Below, in pieces: positions 9,150-18,163 of a DNA stretch of 33,301 bases. The notes under the pieces were generated by a model. That model was not told where the DNA came from, made no database searches, and saw only the letters and a list, made by a program, of their open reading frames with translations. Position 1 is the stretch's first letter; each line of letters starts with the position of its first letter. A program made the position numbers and the translations under genes. The DNA is from Acidobacteriota bacterium (GTDB lineage Bacteria; Acidobacteriota; UBA6911; JACQSX01). The stretch is from assembly GCA_036507075.1 (NCBI GenBank), contig DASXQR010000085.1, positions 1 through 33,301 of the forward strand, in the 5' to 3' direction.

Positions 9150-9334
9150 ACAGTACCGCGTGGCATGAGCCCGCGGTGCTCTCATCAACGTCATCTCTAA
9201 CCTGTCAGTGCCACGCTTAAGCCTAGGTCGAGCCTAGGTCGGCCGATGGTGCGGCGCGGGCTCACGCCACGCGGTACTGACCGGGTGGAGGCGGGTCGAT
9301 TCGCCGCACGCGGGCTGACGCCACGCGGTACTGT
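9150..9334. repeat. Cluster of three 26-27 bp CAGTACCGCGTGG REP-like units
   Basis: Forward unit at 9150-9175; inverted units at 9255-9281 and 9309-9334 (last one 24/26 identical to the first). Confidence 0.85.
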
Positions 9335-9361
9335 TGGAAATAGTGGCTCCCAGCAACGTGT

Positions 9362-9500
9362 AACCCGAAACCCAGAACCCAGAACCCAGAACCCGAAACC
9401 CGAAACCCGAAACCCGTAAACCCGAAAAACCCGAAAAACCGAAACCCGAAACCCCGAAACCCGAAACCCGTAAACCCGAAACCCGAAACCCGAAAACCCG
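9362..9500. repeat. Heptamer array (AACCCGA)n, solo arm
   Basis: About 19 imperfect AACCCGA/AACCCAG units ending 8 bp from the esterase stop codon. Confidence 0.95.
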
Positions 9501-9508
9501 CCAGGCGC

Positions 9509-10780
9509 CTATTCCCGATTGTAAATCTTCACCCGATAATACGGCTTTTCCTTTTCCGCCGGATCCATGGCGAACTGCTGCTCGGTTTTGGCGGGGTCGT
9601 AGTCGCGCCAGAGCCAGATCAACTCCTCGGGAAGCTCGGCGTTTCCATGCGCGCCGTTATGGGTGCCGTTGCCAAAGCTCAGATGGAAATCATACTCGCG
9701 CATTTTGAGCGAGTTTGCCATCTGGATATTCTGCAGTGGCCAGCTTCCATGCGGGTTCTCCAAGTCTTCAGATCCGTCCTGCAGCCAGACTCGAACGTTG
9801 CGCTTCGGTTCCTTTCGTATCTTGAACGGATAATCGTTGCCGCCGTCAAGCGCATCCGGCTGCCCTGTCTTCCACTGGATGCTGGTAAAGCTTCCGATGC
9901 GCGACAAGACGCGGCTGAACTGGTCGGGCTGATGCCAGGCGACATTGAAAGAGCAGATGCCGCCCGAGGAATTCCCCGCGATCGCGCGGCTGTAGCCGTC
10001 GCGGCGGATATTGTACTTGGCCTGCACGTCGGCGAGAATTTCGTCGCGCAAAAAACGCGCATAGCGGTCCGAGACCGTATCGTATTCAATGCTGCGCATC
10101 GCCTTGTCGCCGATTTTGCCGGGAGCGATCAGCACTTGAATCATCACCGGAATCTTCTTCTGGTGAATCAGGTTGTCCACGACGTTCATCAGACGCGACG
10201 GGCCGTCACGCGTGATTAACCCCTGCCCGTCCTGCCAAACCATCAAAGCGGCCGCAACGGACGGATCATACTGCGCCGGCACGTAGATCCAATACTCGGT
10301 CTGCATGCCGTCGTAGATCTTGCTGGTGTGGATAATCTTGTCTGAAAGCTTTCCCTGCGGTACGCCCGAGCGGGAATAGGAATCTGGCGCGTAAGCGGCG
10401 ATATCGGTCCGACCGCCGAAGCGCGTCCCATCGATCAGGTAATGGAAATTGTGCGAAGTGCCGGGGCGAAGCTTCCCCGCGTAGAACCAAAGGTTGCTCG
10501 AACCGATGCGCGCCGGCATGGCCGTCCGCTGGTCGTCCACGTAGAGCGTGGACTGCTTGTCCGACTCAATTGCCCAGAGAAAGTCGGGGCCCTCACCGAG
10601 GACTGCGGAACCTTTCTTAATATCGGCATCGCCGAGAGTGGCTCTCAGAGCGTCTGCGAATTCCTGGGATGATCCGGGTTTTCGGGAAAGCTCGATGAGC
10701 TGCGGCACGGATAGTTTTTCGGCCGCCTGGGCTAACGTGATGAACGCGGCGAGAAGCAGTAAATGAGGTCGAATTCGCAT
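9509..10780 (-). CDS. Alpha/beta-hydrolase, enterochelin-esterase-like putative esterase, secreted
   Basis: Signal peptide; YWIYVPAQYD, ALMVWQDG, RSIEYD, nucleophile elbow GNSSGG and GTH motifs; GGAGG RBS. Confidence 0.88.
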   Translation of the reverse strand: MRIRPHLLLLAAFITLAQAAEKLSVPQLIELSRKPGSSQEFADALRATLGDADIKKGSAVLGEGPDFLWAIESDKQSTLYVDDQRTAMPARIGSSNLWFYAGKLRPGTSHNFHYLIDGTRFGGRTDIAAYAPDSYSRSGVPQGKLSDKIIHTSKIYDGMQTEYWIYVPAQYDPSVAAALMVWQDGQGLITRDGPSRLMNVVDNLIHQKKIPVMIQVLIAPGKIGDKAMRSIEYDTVSDRYARFLRDEILADVQAKYNIRRDGYSRAIAGNSSGGICSFNVAWHQPDQFSRVLSRIGSFTSIQWKTGQPDALDGGNDYPFKIRKEPKRNVRVWLQDGSEDLENPHGSWPLQNIQMANSLKMREYDFHLSFGNGTHNGAHGNAELPEELIWLWRDYDPAKTEQQFAMDPAEKEKPYYRVKIYNRE

Positions 10781-10801
10781 AAGCCTCCGTACGATTTTTT
10801 A

Positions 10802-10829
10802 TCACCACAAAGACACAAAGGGCACGAAG
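10802..10829 (+). repeat. CACCACAAAG 9-mer half-element
   Basis: TCACCACAAAGACACAAAGGGCACGAAG. Confidence 0.75.
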
Positions 10830-10843
10830 GTCTTGATCGTGCC

Positions 10844-10939
10844 AGGGGTCAGGTCTTCAGAATTCATTTTTTGCCCCCTGGATCGAATTTGCATCTTTAA
10901 CACCCACCCCAAAAAATGAATTCTGAAGACCTGACCCCT
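10844..10939. mobile_element. 96-bp MITE/REP-like element with perfect 30-bp terminal inverted repeats
   Basis: AGGGGTCAGGTCTTCAGAATTCATTTTTTG (10844-10873) and its exact reverse complement (10910-10939). Mobility is inferred. Confidence 0.7.
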
Positions 10940-11846
10940 AGTCCATCTCTACCATGACCTTCTCAATCAGCTTCCTGGTGGCGCGGATCCCGTCCGGCTC
11001 GCTCAATTTGTCTCCTTCGTACTCGATTCCAAGGAAACTGTGATAGCCGGCATCGGAGACGATCTTCAGCATGCGCCGGTAATCGGTATGGACCTCGTTT
11101 CCCTGCGCATCGAAATCGTGGCTCTTGGCGCTTACCGCTTTGGCAAAAGGCATCAGCTCGGCGACGCCCTTGTAGCGGTCATAGGTTTCAAAGTTTCCAA
11201 AATCGGGAAGCGTCCCGCAGTTAGGCAGGTTCACTTTTCGCATTACCGCGGAAAGCCACTGCCCGTCCGAAGAGAGCCCGCCGTGATTCTCCACGATCAC
11301 GCTTATCTTGTGCCTTGCTCCGAATTGGCTCAGTCGGTGGAGCCCGTCGGCCACCTGATCCATCTGCTGCTGCCGTGTTCCGTCTCCATGGGCGTTGACG
11401 CGAATGGCAAAACAGCCGAGAGCTTTGGCCGCTTCCACCCAGCGGTAATGGTTCTCCACCGCCTGGGTGCGTTTCGTGTTGTCGGATGCTCCCAGCGAGC
11501 CTTCCTCATCGATCATGATCAGCCGGTTCTCGACGCCGTGGTCTTTGGCGCGCTTTTTGAGCTGTGCCAGATATTTCGGATCGCGCGCCTTGTCCTTGAA
11601 GAACTGGTTCACGTACTCGACCGCGCTGATCCCGTAATCAACTTTGGCGGTCCTGGGGAAGTCCAGGTTGTCGAGCTTTCCAGAAAATAAGGCCCGATGC
11701 AGGGACCATTCCGCCAGGGAAAGCTTGAATGGGGGCTTCCTTTTCCTGGCTGCCAGGGCTGGTGCTTCGAGCGCGCCCAGCCCGAGGCTTCCCGCGGCCG
11801 TTGCCGATGTCCTTAGAAACTGCCGCCGATCGATAAGATTTTCCAT
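10938..11846 (-). CDS. Sugar phosphate isomerase/epimerase (xylose-isomerase-like TIM barrel), Tat-exported
   Basis: DRRQFL twin-arginine motif; [28 protein letters not shown] and GIEYEG metal-site motifs. Confidence 0.9.
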   Translation of the reverse strand: MENLIDRRQFLRTSATAAGSLGLGALEAPALAARKRKPPFKLSLAEWSLHRALFSGKLDNLDFPRTAKVDYGISAVEYVNQFFKDKARDPKYLAQLKKRAKDHGVENRLIMIDEEGSLGASDNTKRTQAVENHYRWVEAAKALGCFAIRVNAHGDGTRQQQMDQVADGLHRLSQFGARHKISVIVENHGGLSSDGQWLSAVMRKVNLPNCGTLPDFGNFETYDRYKGVAELMPFAKAVSAKSHDFDAQGNEVHTDYRRMLKIVSDAGYHSFLGIEYEGDKLSEPDGIRATRKLIEKVMVEMD

Positions 11847-11889
11847 AGATGGTCATCTCCAAAAATTAGCCTCAGGCTCCAACCTACAG

Positions 11890-11944
11890 GTGTGAAAAAA
11901 TCGACGCCACCGGGACAAGCCCGGTGGCGTCGATTTCTTCACAC
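11890..11944. repeat. REP-like hairpin CCACCGGG-ACAAG-CCCGGTGG, copy 2
   Basis: 25-bp stem with one mismatch and a 5-nt loop; 4 bp from the DegT stop codon. Confidence 0.9.
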
Positions 11945-11948
11945 GTTC

Positions 11949-13235
11949 TTACGGTCGCCGTACTGAATTTGTTATCTCACCGCCGGCGGCGCGCTGCGCG
12001 ACGCGGCGGAGAATCCCGATTACTTTGTCCACCGCGCCGGGCAATGGATCCGAAAGAACGGGGAGAAACACAAGGCGGCCGAATATCTCTTCGGTCACGG
12101 GAAAGTCTCCTTCCTCATAACCTCGGTAATCTCCGCACAGCGGGCCGCGGTTTTCCGAAAACACGTCAAATCCCCGAGCGAATATCTTCAGGCGGTGCAG
12201 CAGTCCATACGGGCTGTGAGAGGCGTTCAGGCCCTCGGCCCGCAGCGCCTCAATGAATTTTACAGTGGTCAGGCCGCCATGTTCATCGGGCCGGTGCACC
12301 AGCGGGAAAGCGTACAGCCCGCCGCGGACCGCGCCGGGATATATTTTGACCGCCTGCAATCCGGGAATCTGTTCCACGGCACTCTCGACCGACTCAAAGT
12401 AGCAGCGTCGCCTTTCGTTGAGCGCGCCGAGCTTTGTGAGCTGAACCGTCGCGATTCCAATTCCCAGCGGATGCGCTCGAAATTTCATCCCCAGCCCCAA
12501 CGGCTGCAGGTCTGCGTATTTCTCCGTGGCCAGATCCAGTCCCCGCATGCGATTTACCTGGCCGGCCAGGCAGGCGCGCTCGAATATTTCGGAATCGTCG
12601 GTGGCAAGAACCCCGCCTTCGCCCGCACTGACGGCTTTGCTTCCTTGAAGGCTCCACGCCCCGGCGTGCCCGATGCTGCCGGTCAGCTTTCCTTTATATC
12701 GCGCCCCATGAGCGTGCGAGCAGTCCTCGATAATCTTCACACCCGTGTTGCGGCCGACTTGCAGCAGGGCATCCATGTCGCACACATTGCCCCACAGATG
12801 AACCGCCAGGATGGCCCGCGTCCTGGGTGTGATCTTTCGCAGCACGTCCTCCGGATCGATCTGAAGCGTGGCCGGATCGCTTTCGACAAAAACCGGCCGC
12901 GCTCCCAAAAATACCGCGGGTGCGATGGTGCAGATCCAGGTGTAGGTCGGACAAATCACTTCGTCCCCCGGGCCGACCCCGATGCCAAAACAGGCGCTGT
13001 AAAGAGCGGTTGTGCCGTTGTTGGTCGTAATGGCGAATCTACAGCCGGTCCATTGGCGCCATTTCTCTTCGAACTCGCGCACCACGGGCGTTCCACCGGA
13101 GAGCTCGTTGCGCAGCGTCATCTGGTAGACCAGCCTGGCTTCTTCTTCGGTAATCTGCTGCCACCGGTCCATATCCGGCTGCTCGGGCATCGCCGTCTGG
13201 ATGAAGACCGGTGGAGATAAGGTCGGTTTCGCCAT
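11949..13235 (-). CDS. DegT/DnrJ/EryC1/StrS family PLP-dependent aminotransferase
   Basis: NNGTTAL, GPGDEVI, VHLWG, EDCSHAHGA and WSLQGSKAVSAGEGG (PLP lysine). Start moved to MAKPT because the upstream extension reads through a repeat. Confidence 0.9.
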   Translation of the reverse strand: MAKPTLSPPVFIQTAMPEQPDMDRWQQITEEEARLVYQMTLRNELSGGTPVVREFEEKWRQWTGCRFAITTNNGTTALYSACFGIGVGPGDEVICPTYTWICTIAPAVFLGARPVFVESDPATLQIDPEDVLRKITPRTRAILAVHLWGNVCDMDALLQVGRNTGVKIIEDCSHAHGARYKGKLTGSIGHAGAWSLQGSKAVSAGEGGVLATDDSEIFERACLAGQVNRMRGLDLATEKYADLQPLGLGMKFRAHPLGIGIATVQLTKLGALNERRRCYFESVESAVEQIPGLQAVKIYPGAVRGGLYAFPLVHRPDEHGGLTTVKFIEALRAEGLNASHSPYGLLHRLKIFARGFDVFSENRGPLCGDYRGYEEGDFPVTEEIFGRLVFLPVLSDPLPGAVDKVIGILRRVAQRAAGGEITNSVRRP

Positions 13236-13252
13236 AGCTGTTCTTAAGCTGG

Positions 13253-13308
13253 CTTGGTGTCTTGGTGGTTGATATTTTTTGAACCACCAAGGCACCAAGG
13301 CACTAAGG
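13253..13308. repeat. 9-mer-periodic palindrome (AACCACCAAG variant), arms pointing outward
   Basis: CTTGGTGTCTTGGTGGTT / AACCACCAAGGCACCAAGGCACTAAG. Confidence 0.85.
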
Positions 13309-13355
13309 TCCAATTTTCCATTTTGAGTTCGAAATCCGCCAACCTGCAACCGACT

Positions 13356-14987
13356 TTAGCCCGCGCTCCGATACTTCATCGCCATCAAAGTCACGTCATC
13401 TGCCAGCGGAACGTCCTTGGTAAAGAGACGAAGATTTTCGATCAAACCGTAGGTGACCTGCCTTGCCGATTGTTTCATCTGATGGCGCACCCATTCAATC
13501 AGGCGCTCTTCCCCGAATTCCTCGCCGTGCTCGTTGAGCGCTTCTGAGAGTCCGTCGGTGAACAGCACGATCAGATCGCCGTCTTCCAGCATGACGGTTT
13601 CGCTTTCGTACTGAGCGTCAAATAATCCCAGAATCAGCCCGCCGCGCTCCAGGCGACGCACACCGGATCGCTGAAGCAACACGGGGGGATTGTGACCCGC
13701 ATTGACATATTGAAACGCGCCATCGCTGGAGAGAATTCCGTAGAAGAACGTCACGAATCGATTCTCCAGTTTGCGCCTCCGAAGGGCGCGGTTCACGTTG
13801 GCCACGGTTTCTGTGATGGGCACTTCCGCCTCGGCGTGCGCGCAAAATGCGCCTTGGAGCATGGACGTCAGCAGCGCCGCCGGGGTGCCTTTCCCCGCCA
13901 CGTCGGCAATGGCGACGCCCAGCTTGTCGTCGCTCAATTCAAGATAGTCGAAGTAATCGCCGCCGATTTCCCGGCAGGGGAGATTGATGCTGCACACGTC
14001 GACCCAGGGACGCTGGAAATCTTTTTGAGGTGAAAGCTGCTGCTGTATTTCACGCGCGATGGAGAGCTCCTCGTCGATTTTCTTTTTCTCCAGGGATACC
14101 TTGTAGCTGCGCGCCTTGTCGATGGCCATTGCCGCCTCTAGGGCCAGCGATTCCAGCGAGTAGAGCGTCTCCCCTGTAAAAGGATCGGCGTTAGACCAAC
14201 AGTCCAGGTAAAGCACGCCGATCATCTCGGGCTTGGAGTCCAGGGTGAAGTCGGCGCTGACCGCCACCGGATTGATCCTGAGCGGAATGCAGCAGACCGA
14301 CTGCAGTCCCAGCGCGCGCGTGTGGGTGTGATCGGCATACTCGGGATCATTTCCGAGATCCGTCAGCAGCACCGTGCGTCGTTTACGCAACGCCTCTCTG
14401 GGCGCCTTCTGACTGATGGCCAGCGAGGTCAGTTCCAGGTTCTTCTTCCCCCGGCCCCGGCCGACCGCCAGTGACAGGCTTTCGTCGGCTTCCTTGAGCA
14501 TGATGAAGCCGCGGTCGGCTTCCGACAACGCAAGAGCGGAGTCGATCACCAGGTTGAGAAGCTCTTCCAGCACAAACGAGGAATTCAGCGCGGTGAAGGT
14601 TTCCAGCAGCAGGGCCACATCCTTGAACCCGCGATTCGGATCGCCTGCCTCTTCGGTCGAGCGCTTCAAGAGCGCGCTGAATGCATCCTGGCTGCCTTGT
14701 ACCCGCAGCTCCAGCTCGTGCGAATTGCCCAGTTGAATGCGGTCGCCCTCCTGCAACACAGCCCAGTCAATTTTCGATCCGTTCAGGTAAGTTCCGTGCC
14801 GGCTCCCCAGGTCCTTGAGGACATACTGATCTCCCTGCTGGGAGATCTCGGCATGGGCGCGCGACACGAATACCAGCGGAAGACACAAATCATTCTTGTG
14901 ACTTCGACCGATGGTAAAGAGCGGTTTTTCAACCTGGACGGACCGTTCCCGGCCGCCGGAATCTTGATAGGTAAGGCGGAGAGTCAT
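13356..14987 (-). CDS. FHA-GAF-SpoIIE (PP2C-type) protein phosphatase
   Basis: FHA motifs IGRS..ND, VSRAHA and DLGSRHGTYLNG; GAF region (ADRGFIML, SVCCIPL, GVLYLD); PP2C motifs GGDYFD, ADVAGKG, FTDGLSE and DDVT. Confidence 0.92.
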   Translation of the reverse strand: MTLRLTYQDSGGRERSVQVEKPLFTIGRSHKNDLCLPLVFVSRAHAEISQQGDQYVLKDLGSRHGTYLNGSKIDWAVLQEGDRIQLGNSHELELRVQGSQDAFSALLKRSTEEAGDPNRGFKDVALLLETFTALNSSFVLEELLNLVIDSALALSEADRGFIMLKEADESLSLAVGRGRGKKNLELTSLAISQKAPREALRKRRTVLLTDLGNDPEYADHTHTRALGLQSVCCIPLRINPVAVSADFTLDSKPEMIGVLYLDCWSNADPFTGETLYSLESLALEAAMAIDKARSYKVSLEKKKIDEELSIAREIQQQLSPQKDFQRPWVDVCSINLPCREIGGDYFDYLELSDDKLGVAIADVAGKGTPAALLTSMLQGAFCAHAEAEVPITETVANVNRALRRRKLENRFVTFFYGILSSDGAFQYVNAGHNPPVLLQRSGVRRLERGGLILGLFDAQYESETVMLEDGDLIVLFTDGLSEALNEHGEEFGEERLIEWVRHQMKQSARQVTYGLIENLRLFTKDVPLADDVTLMAMKYRSAG

Positions 14988-15070
14988 GATTATAGCGTCG
15001 GATCTTTGGGACTCACGATAAAGGAATCGGAGGGCTGAATGCAAGTTGCCGTCAAAGCCCACCCAGAAAG

Positions 15071-15243
15071 CCCGGATTATTCACAAACATGATTGCCACG
15101 AAGACACGAAGGGACATCATTTAGCCTGAAGTGGCACTCTTAACTAATCTCTTTGGCTGTTGCCAGAGTGTTACTTCTAATTGATGGTTAAGAACTTCGT
15201 GCCTTCGTGTCTTCGTGGCAATCATGTTTGTGAATAATCCGGG
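15071..15243. mobile_element. 173-bp foldback/MITE-like element with perfect 42-bp terminal inverted repeats
   Basis: CCCGGATTATTCACAAACATGATTGCCACGAAGACACGAAGG (15071-15112) and its exact reverse complement (15202-15243); AG on both outer flanks. Confidence 0.75.
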
Positions 15244-15321
15244 AGAAAACGGCGGGCTCCGTGATGGAATCTGGACAATTCTGGTTGTCAGGCGACAATG
15301 AAAGGGAGGAGAGATTCTGAG

Positions 15322-17469
15322 ATGAAGGGATGGAAAGTTTCAGCGATCGTGACATTTCTTCTGCTCATGCTTAACCGGGGCGCAACACAGCTCGACGCAC
15401 CGGATCTCCCGTCTGGTGCTGCACTCCATAAGAACGACGCTGTACTCCCTAAAAGCGCACCCGGCGCGCCGGACTTTCGATATCTGGGCGACCCTCATGC
15501 TATGCATTTTGAATCCAATGCCGGCCAGGCTCCAGGGAGAGCGAAGTTAATCGCTCACCAGGGAAGTCTTAACCTGCTGTTTGAAACGGGCCAGATAGTG
15601 GTTCTGGGAACCGGCGAAGGATTCCGCCTGACATTTCCCAACGGCAACGCCCAATCCAGACCGGAAGGGCTGCAGCCTCTGGCTGCAAAAACCCATTATT
15701 TCCTCGGCAGCGACGCGCGGGCCTGGCTCACGGATGTGCCGAGTTTCTCGGTCGTTGTCTACCGCAATGTTTACCCGGGGATCGATCTGGTGTTCCACGG
15801 AAAGGACCGGCAGCTCGAGTACGATTTCATCGTGCATGCGGGCGGCAGGCCGGAAAGCATCCGGCTCCGCTTTGAAGGATTGAATTCCCGGCGCGAAGTT
15901 CCATTGCGCCGGGAGAATGATGGTGCGTTGCGGATTCAATGCGGGGCATCCGTTTTTCGCCAACATGCGCCACGGCTTTCTCAGGGATCCGGCAAGGCGC
16001 TTGTACAAATACCGGGAAGGTATCGTTTAGTCGATCGCAATTCCGTTGGATTTGAAATCGGCAGCTACAACCAGGCTGAAGATCTGGTGATTGATCCTGT
16101 TCTCAGTTATTCCACTTATCTTGGCGGATCAAATCGAGACGAGGGCCGTGCCGTAGCCGTCGATGTTTCCGGCAACGTTTATGTCACCGGATACACCGCC
16201 TCTCTGGACTTTCTTTCGTCAGCCGGCGTGCGCTATGGGAGCCGCATCGGGGAGGATGTTTTCGTCCTCAAGCTGAGCCCTGCCGGTGCGATTCTTTACA
16301 CGGCATATCTGGGCGGTTCGAGTGATGAGATTGCCTTCGGCATTGCCGCCGACAACCAGGGCAACGCTTACATAACAGGAGGCACCGTTTCACCGGACTT
16401 TCCCACGCGCAATCCCGTGCAGGGCTATCGGGGATTTGAAGACGCTTTTGTCGCGAAACTGAGCCCTGACGGATCTTCCCTGGTGTACTCCACTTTCCTG
16501 GGCGGGACCAACAGGGACCAGGGGGAGGCAATCGCCGTTGACAGCGATGGAAACGCATTTGTCACCGGTGGCACCTACTCTGCCGACTTTCCAACTTCCA
16601 GCGCCGTCCAAAAAAACCTGAGCGGCCCAACCGACGCATTCGTTGCCCGGCTCAATCAATCCGGAAATCAAATCCTGTTTTCCACTTACCTGGGAGGCAG
16701 CGGCGACGAACTGGCCTCCGGAATTGCGACCGACGCGGGCGGCAACGTGGTTGTGGCAGGTTCGACGTTTTCATCAAACTTTCCGCTGCAAAACGCCATT
16801 CAGGGCGCATTTGGCGGAGTGGCGGATGCGTTTGTCAGCAAGCTGAGCCCGGCGGGGGCGTTCCTCTTTTCCACTTATTACGGCGGTGACTCGACAGATT
16901 ATTTTCGCGCCGTGGCGCTGGATGCGTCGGGAAATATTTTTGCCACCGGTGAGACTTCCTCTGCCGATTTTCCGACAACACCGGGCTCTTTTCAACCGGT
17001 TTGGCGGGGGGCGACCGATGCGTGCGTGGTGAAACTGAATTCCTCGGGCAGTGCGGTTTTGTATTCCACGTTTTTGGGTGCCGGTGGAAACGATCAAGGA
17101 TTTGGCATTGGAGTGGATTCAAGCGGCAATGCCTGGATTGGCGGCATCACGTCTTCGATTGATTTCCCGGTGGTGTCAGGTTTTCAAACCAGGTACGGCG
17201 GCGGGGCGGAGGATATCTTCATCATGGAATTGAATGGCAGCGGCTCGGCGCCTCTTTATTCCACCTATTGGGGCGGAGATTCTGCCGACTATGGCTTCGC
17301 GCTTGCCGCGGGCGGCGCCGGAGTCTATGTGACGGGCCTGACTCAGTCCACCAACGATCCGGTGTTGAATGCGCTGCAGGCGACGCTTCGCGGCGGCGGC
17401 TGGGATGCGCTGTTGATCAAGATTGCAAATCCGGAAGCTCCGCGGCTGCGTACGAGAAGAAGACCTTGA
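15322..17469 (+). CDS. SBBP (beta-propeller) repeat-containing secreted protein
   Basis: N-terminal FESNAGQ, YRNVYPGIDL, LEYDFIV and LVIDPVLSYSTYLGG; about 7 repeats of AVDxxGNxYVTGxTxSxDF / YSTYLGG. Alternative start at 15298. Confidence 0.9.
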   Translation: MKGWKVSAIVTFLLLMLNRGATQLDAPDLPSGAALHKNDAVLPKSAPGAPDFRYLGDPHAMHFESNAGQAPGRAKLIAHQGSLNLLFETGQIVVLGTGEGFRLTFPNGNAQSRPEGLQPLAAKTHYFLGSDARAWLTDVPSFSVVVYRNVYPGIDLVFHGKDRQLEYDFIVHAGGRPESIRLRFEGLNSRREVPLRRENDGALRIQCGASVFRQHAPRLSQGSGKALVQIPGRYRLVDRNSVGFEIGSYNQAEDLVIDPVLSYSTYLGGSNRDEGRAVAVDVSGNVYVTGYTASLDFLSSAGVRYGSRIGEDVFVLKLSPAGAILYTAYLGGSSDEIAFGIAADNQGNAYITGGTVSPDFPTRNPVQGYRGFEDAFVAKLSPDGSSLVYSTFLGGTNRDQGEAIAVDSDGNAFVTGGTYSADFPTSSAVQKNLSGPTDAFVARLNQSGNQILFSTYLGGSGDELASGIATDAGGNVVVAGSTFSSNFPLQNAIQGAFGGVADAFVSKLSPAGAFLFSTYYGGDSTDYFRAVALDASGNIFATGETSSADFPTTPGSFQPVWRGATDACVVKLNSSGSAVLYSTFLGAGGNDQGFGIGVDSSGNAWIGGITSSIDFPVVSGFQTRYGGGAEDIFIMELNGSGSAPLYSTYWGGDSADYGFALAAGGAGVYVTGLTQSTNDPVLNALQATLRGGGWDALLIKIANPEAPRLRTRRRP

Positions 17470-17476
17470 AAAATAC

Positions 17477-17673
17477 TTTTCACCACAAAGACACTAAGAA
17501 CACCAAGGCGCTCCCTGATGAGAATTTTCGCGGCCTGCGCAAATTATTCGGTAGCGGAGAGACGGCCTGAGGGCCGTCTCAGCTTGGCAAGGTACCGCAG
17601 AGAGACGGCCCTCAGGCCGTCTCTCCTTGACTTTTGATTGCGGCTTCGCCGCGCTAAGTCTTTGTGGTGAAAA
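17477..17673. repeat. Nested element: 16-bp terminal IR (TTTTCACCACAAAGAC) enclosing an inverted REP doublet
   Basis: Outer IR at 17477-17492 / 17658-17673. Inner perfect 25-bp IR GGAGAGACGGCCTGAGGGCCGTCTC at 17556-17580 / 17602-17626, each unit itself a hairpin. Confidence 0.9.
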
Positions 17674-17724
17674 TTGCCTTCCCTGCTTAAATAGTAGTGG
17701 ATCAGACCGGAGGGATAGCAACCC

Positions 17725-18159
17725 ATGAACAATATGCAATCGATGAATACCATTGAACTGGTTGCCTGGTATGCCGCAGTTGTCGGCACCATCGCACTGA
17801 TTCTGGCTCTGGCGGTGATAGTGCGTGATCGTGCCCGCGTGCTGGTAAGCGGGAGAACCGGATATCGGGTGGCCGGCGGCGGTCCGTATGACGCAACCAA
17901 GGACTACATTCTGGTGACGGTCGCCAACCTGAGCCATCAGCCGCGAACCATCGAAAAGGTCGGATTACGCCTGCGGCATGGCTCCAATAAGGACATTGTC
18001 GCATCCGACTGTCTGTTGAAAGGACCGCAGCAACTGGCGGCCGAAGCGTCGCACACCTGGGTGATCGAACAGGGCAACATTGCGCCCGATGACATTGAAT
18101 GCCTGTGGGCGACCGATCAGGGCGGCAAGGAGTTTCGCGGCAAGCTTGCCAGCGCGTAG
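17725..18159 (+). CDS. Hypothetical protein with N-terminal transmembrane helix
   Basis: 144-aa ORF with GGAGG upstream; hydrophobic LVAWYAAVVGTIALILALAVIV followed by a beta-rich region. Confidence 0.7.
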   Translation: MNNMQSMNTIELVAWYAAVVGTIALILALAVIVRDRARVLVSGRTGYRVAGGGPYDATKDYILVTVANLSHQPRTIEKVGLRLRHGSNKDIVASDCLLKGPQQLAAEASHTWVIEQGNIAPDDIECLWATDQGGKEFRGKLASA

Positions 18160-18163
18160 CGGG

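Noticed and set aside
9362..9500. Eukaryotic telomere contamination or contig end
   Set aside because: The tract is internal, flanked by intact bacterial genes, and the same unit recurs at 22331-22610.
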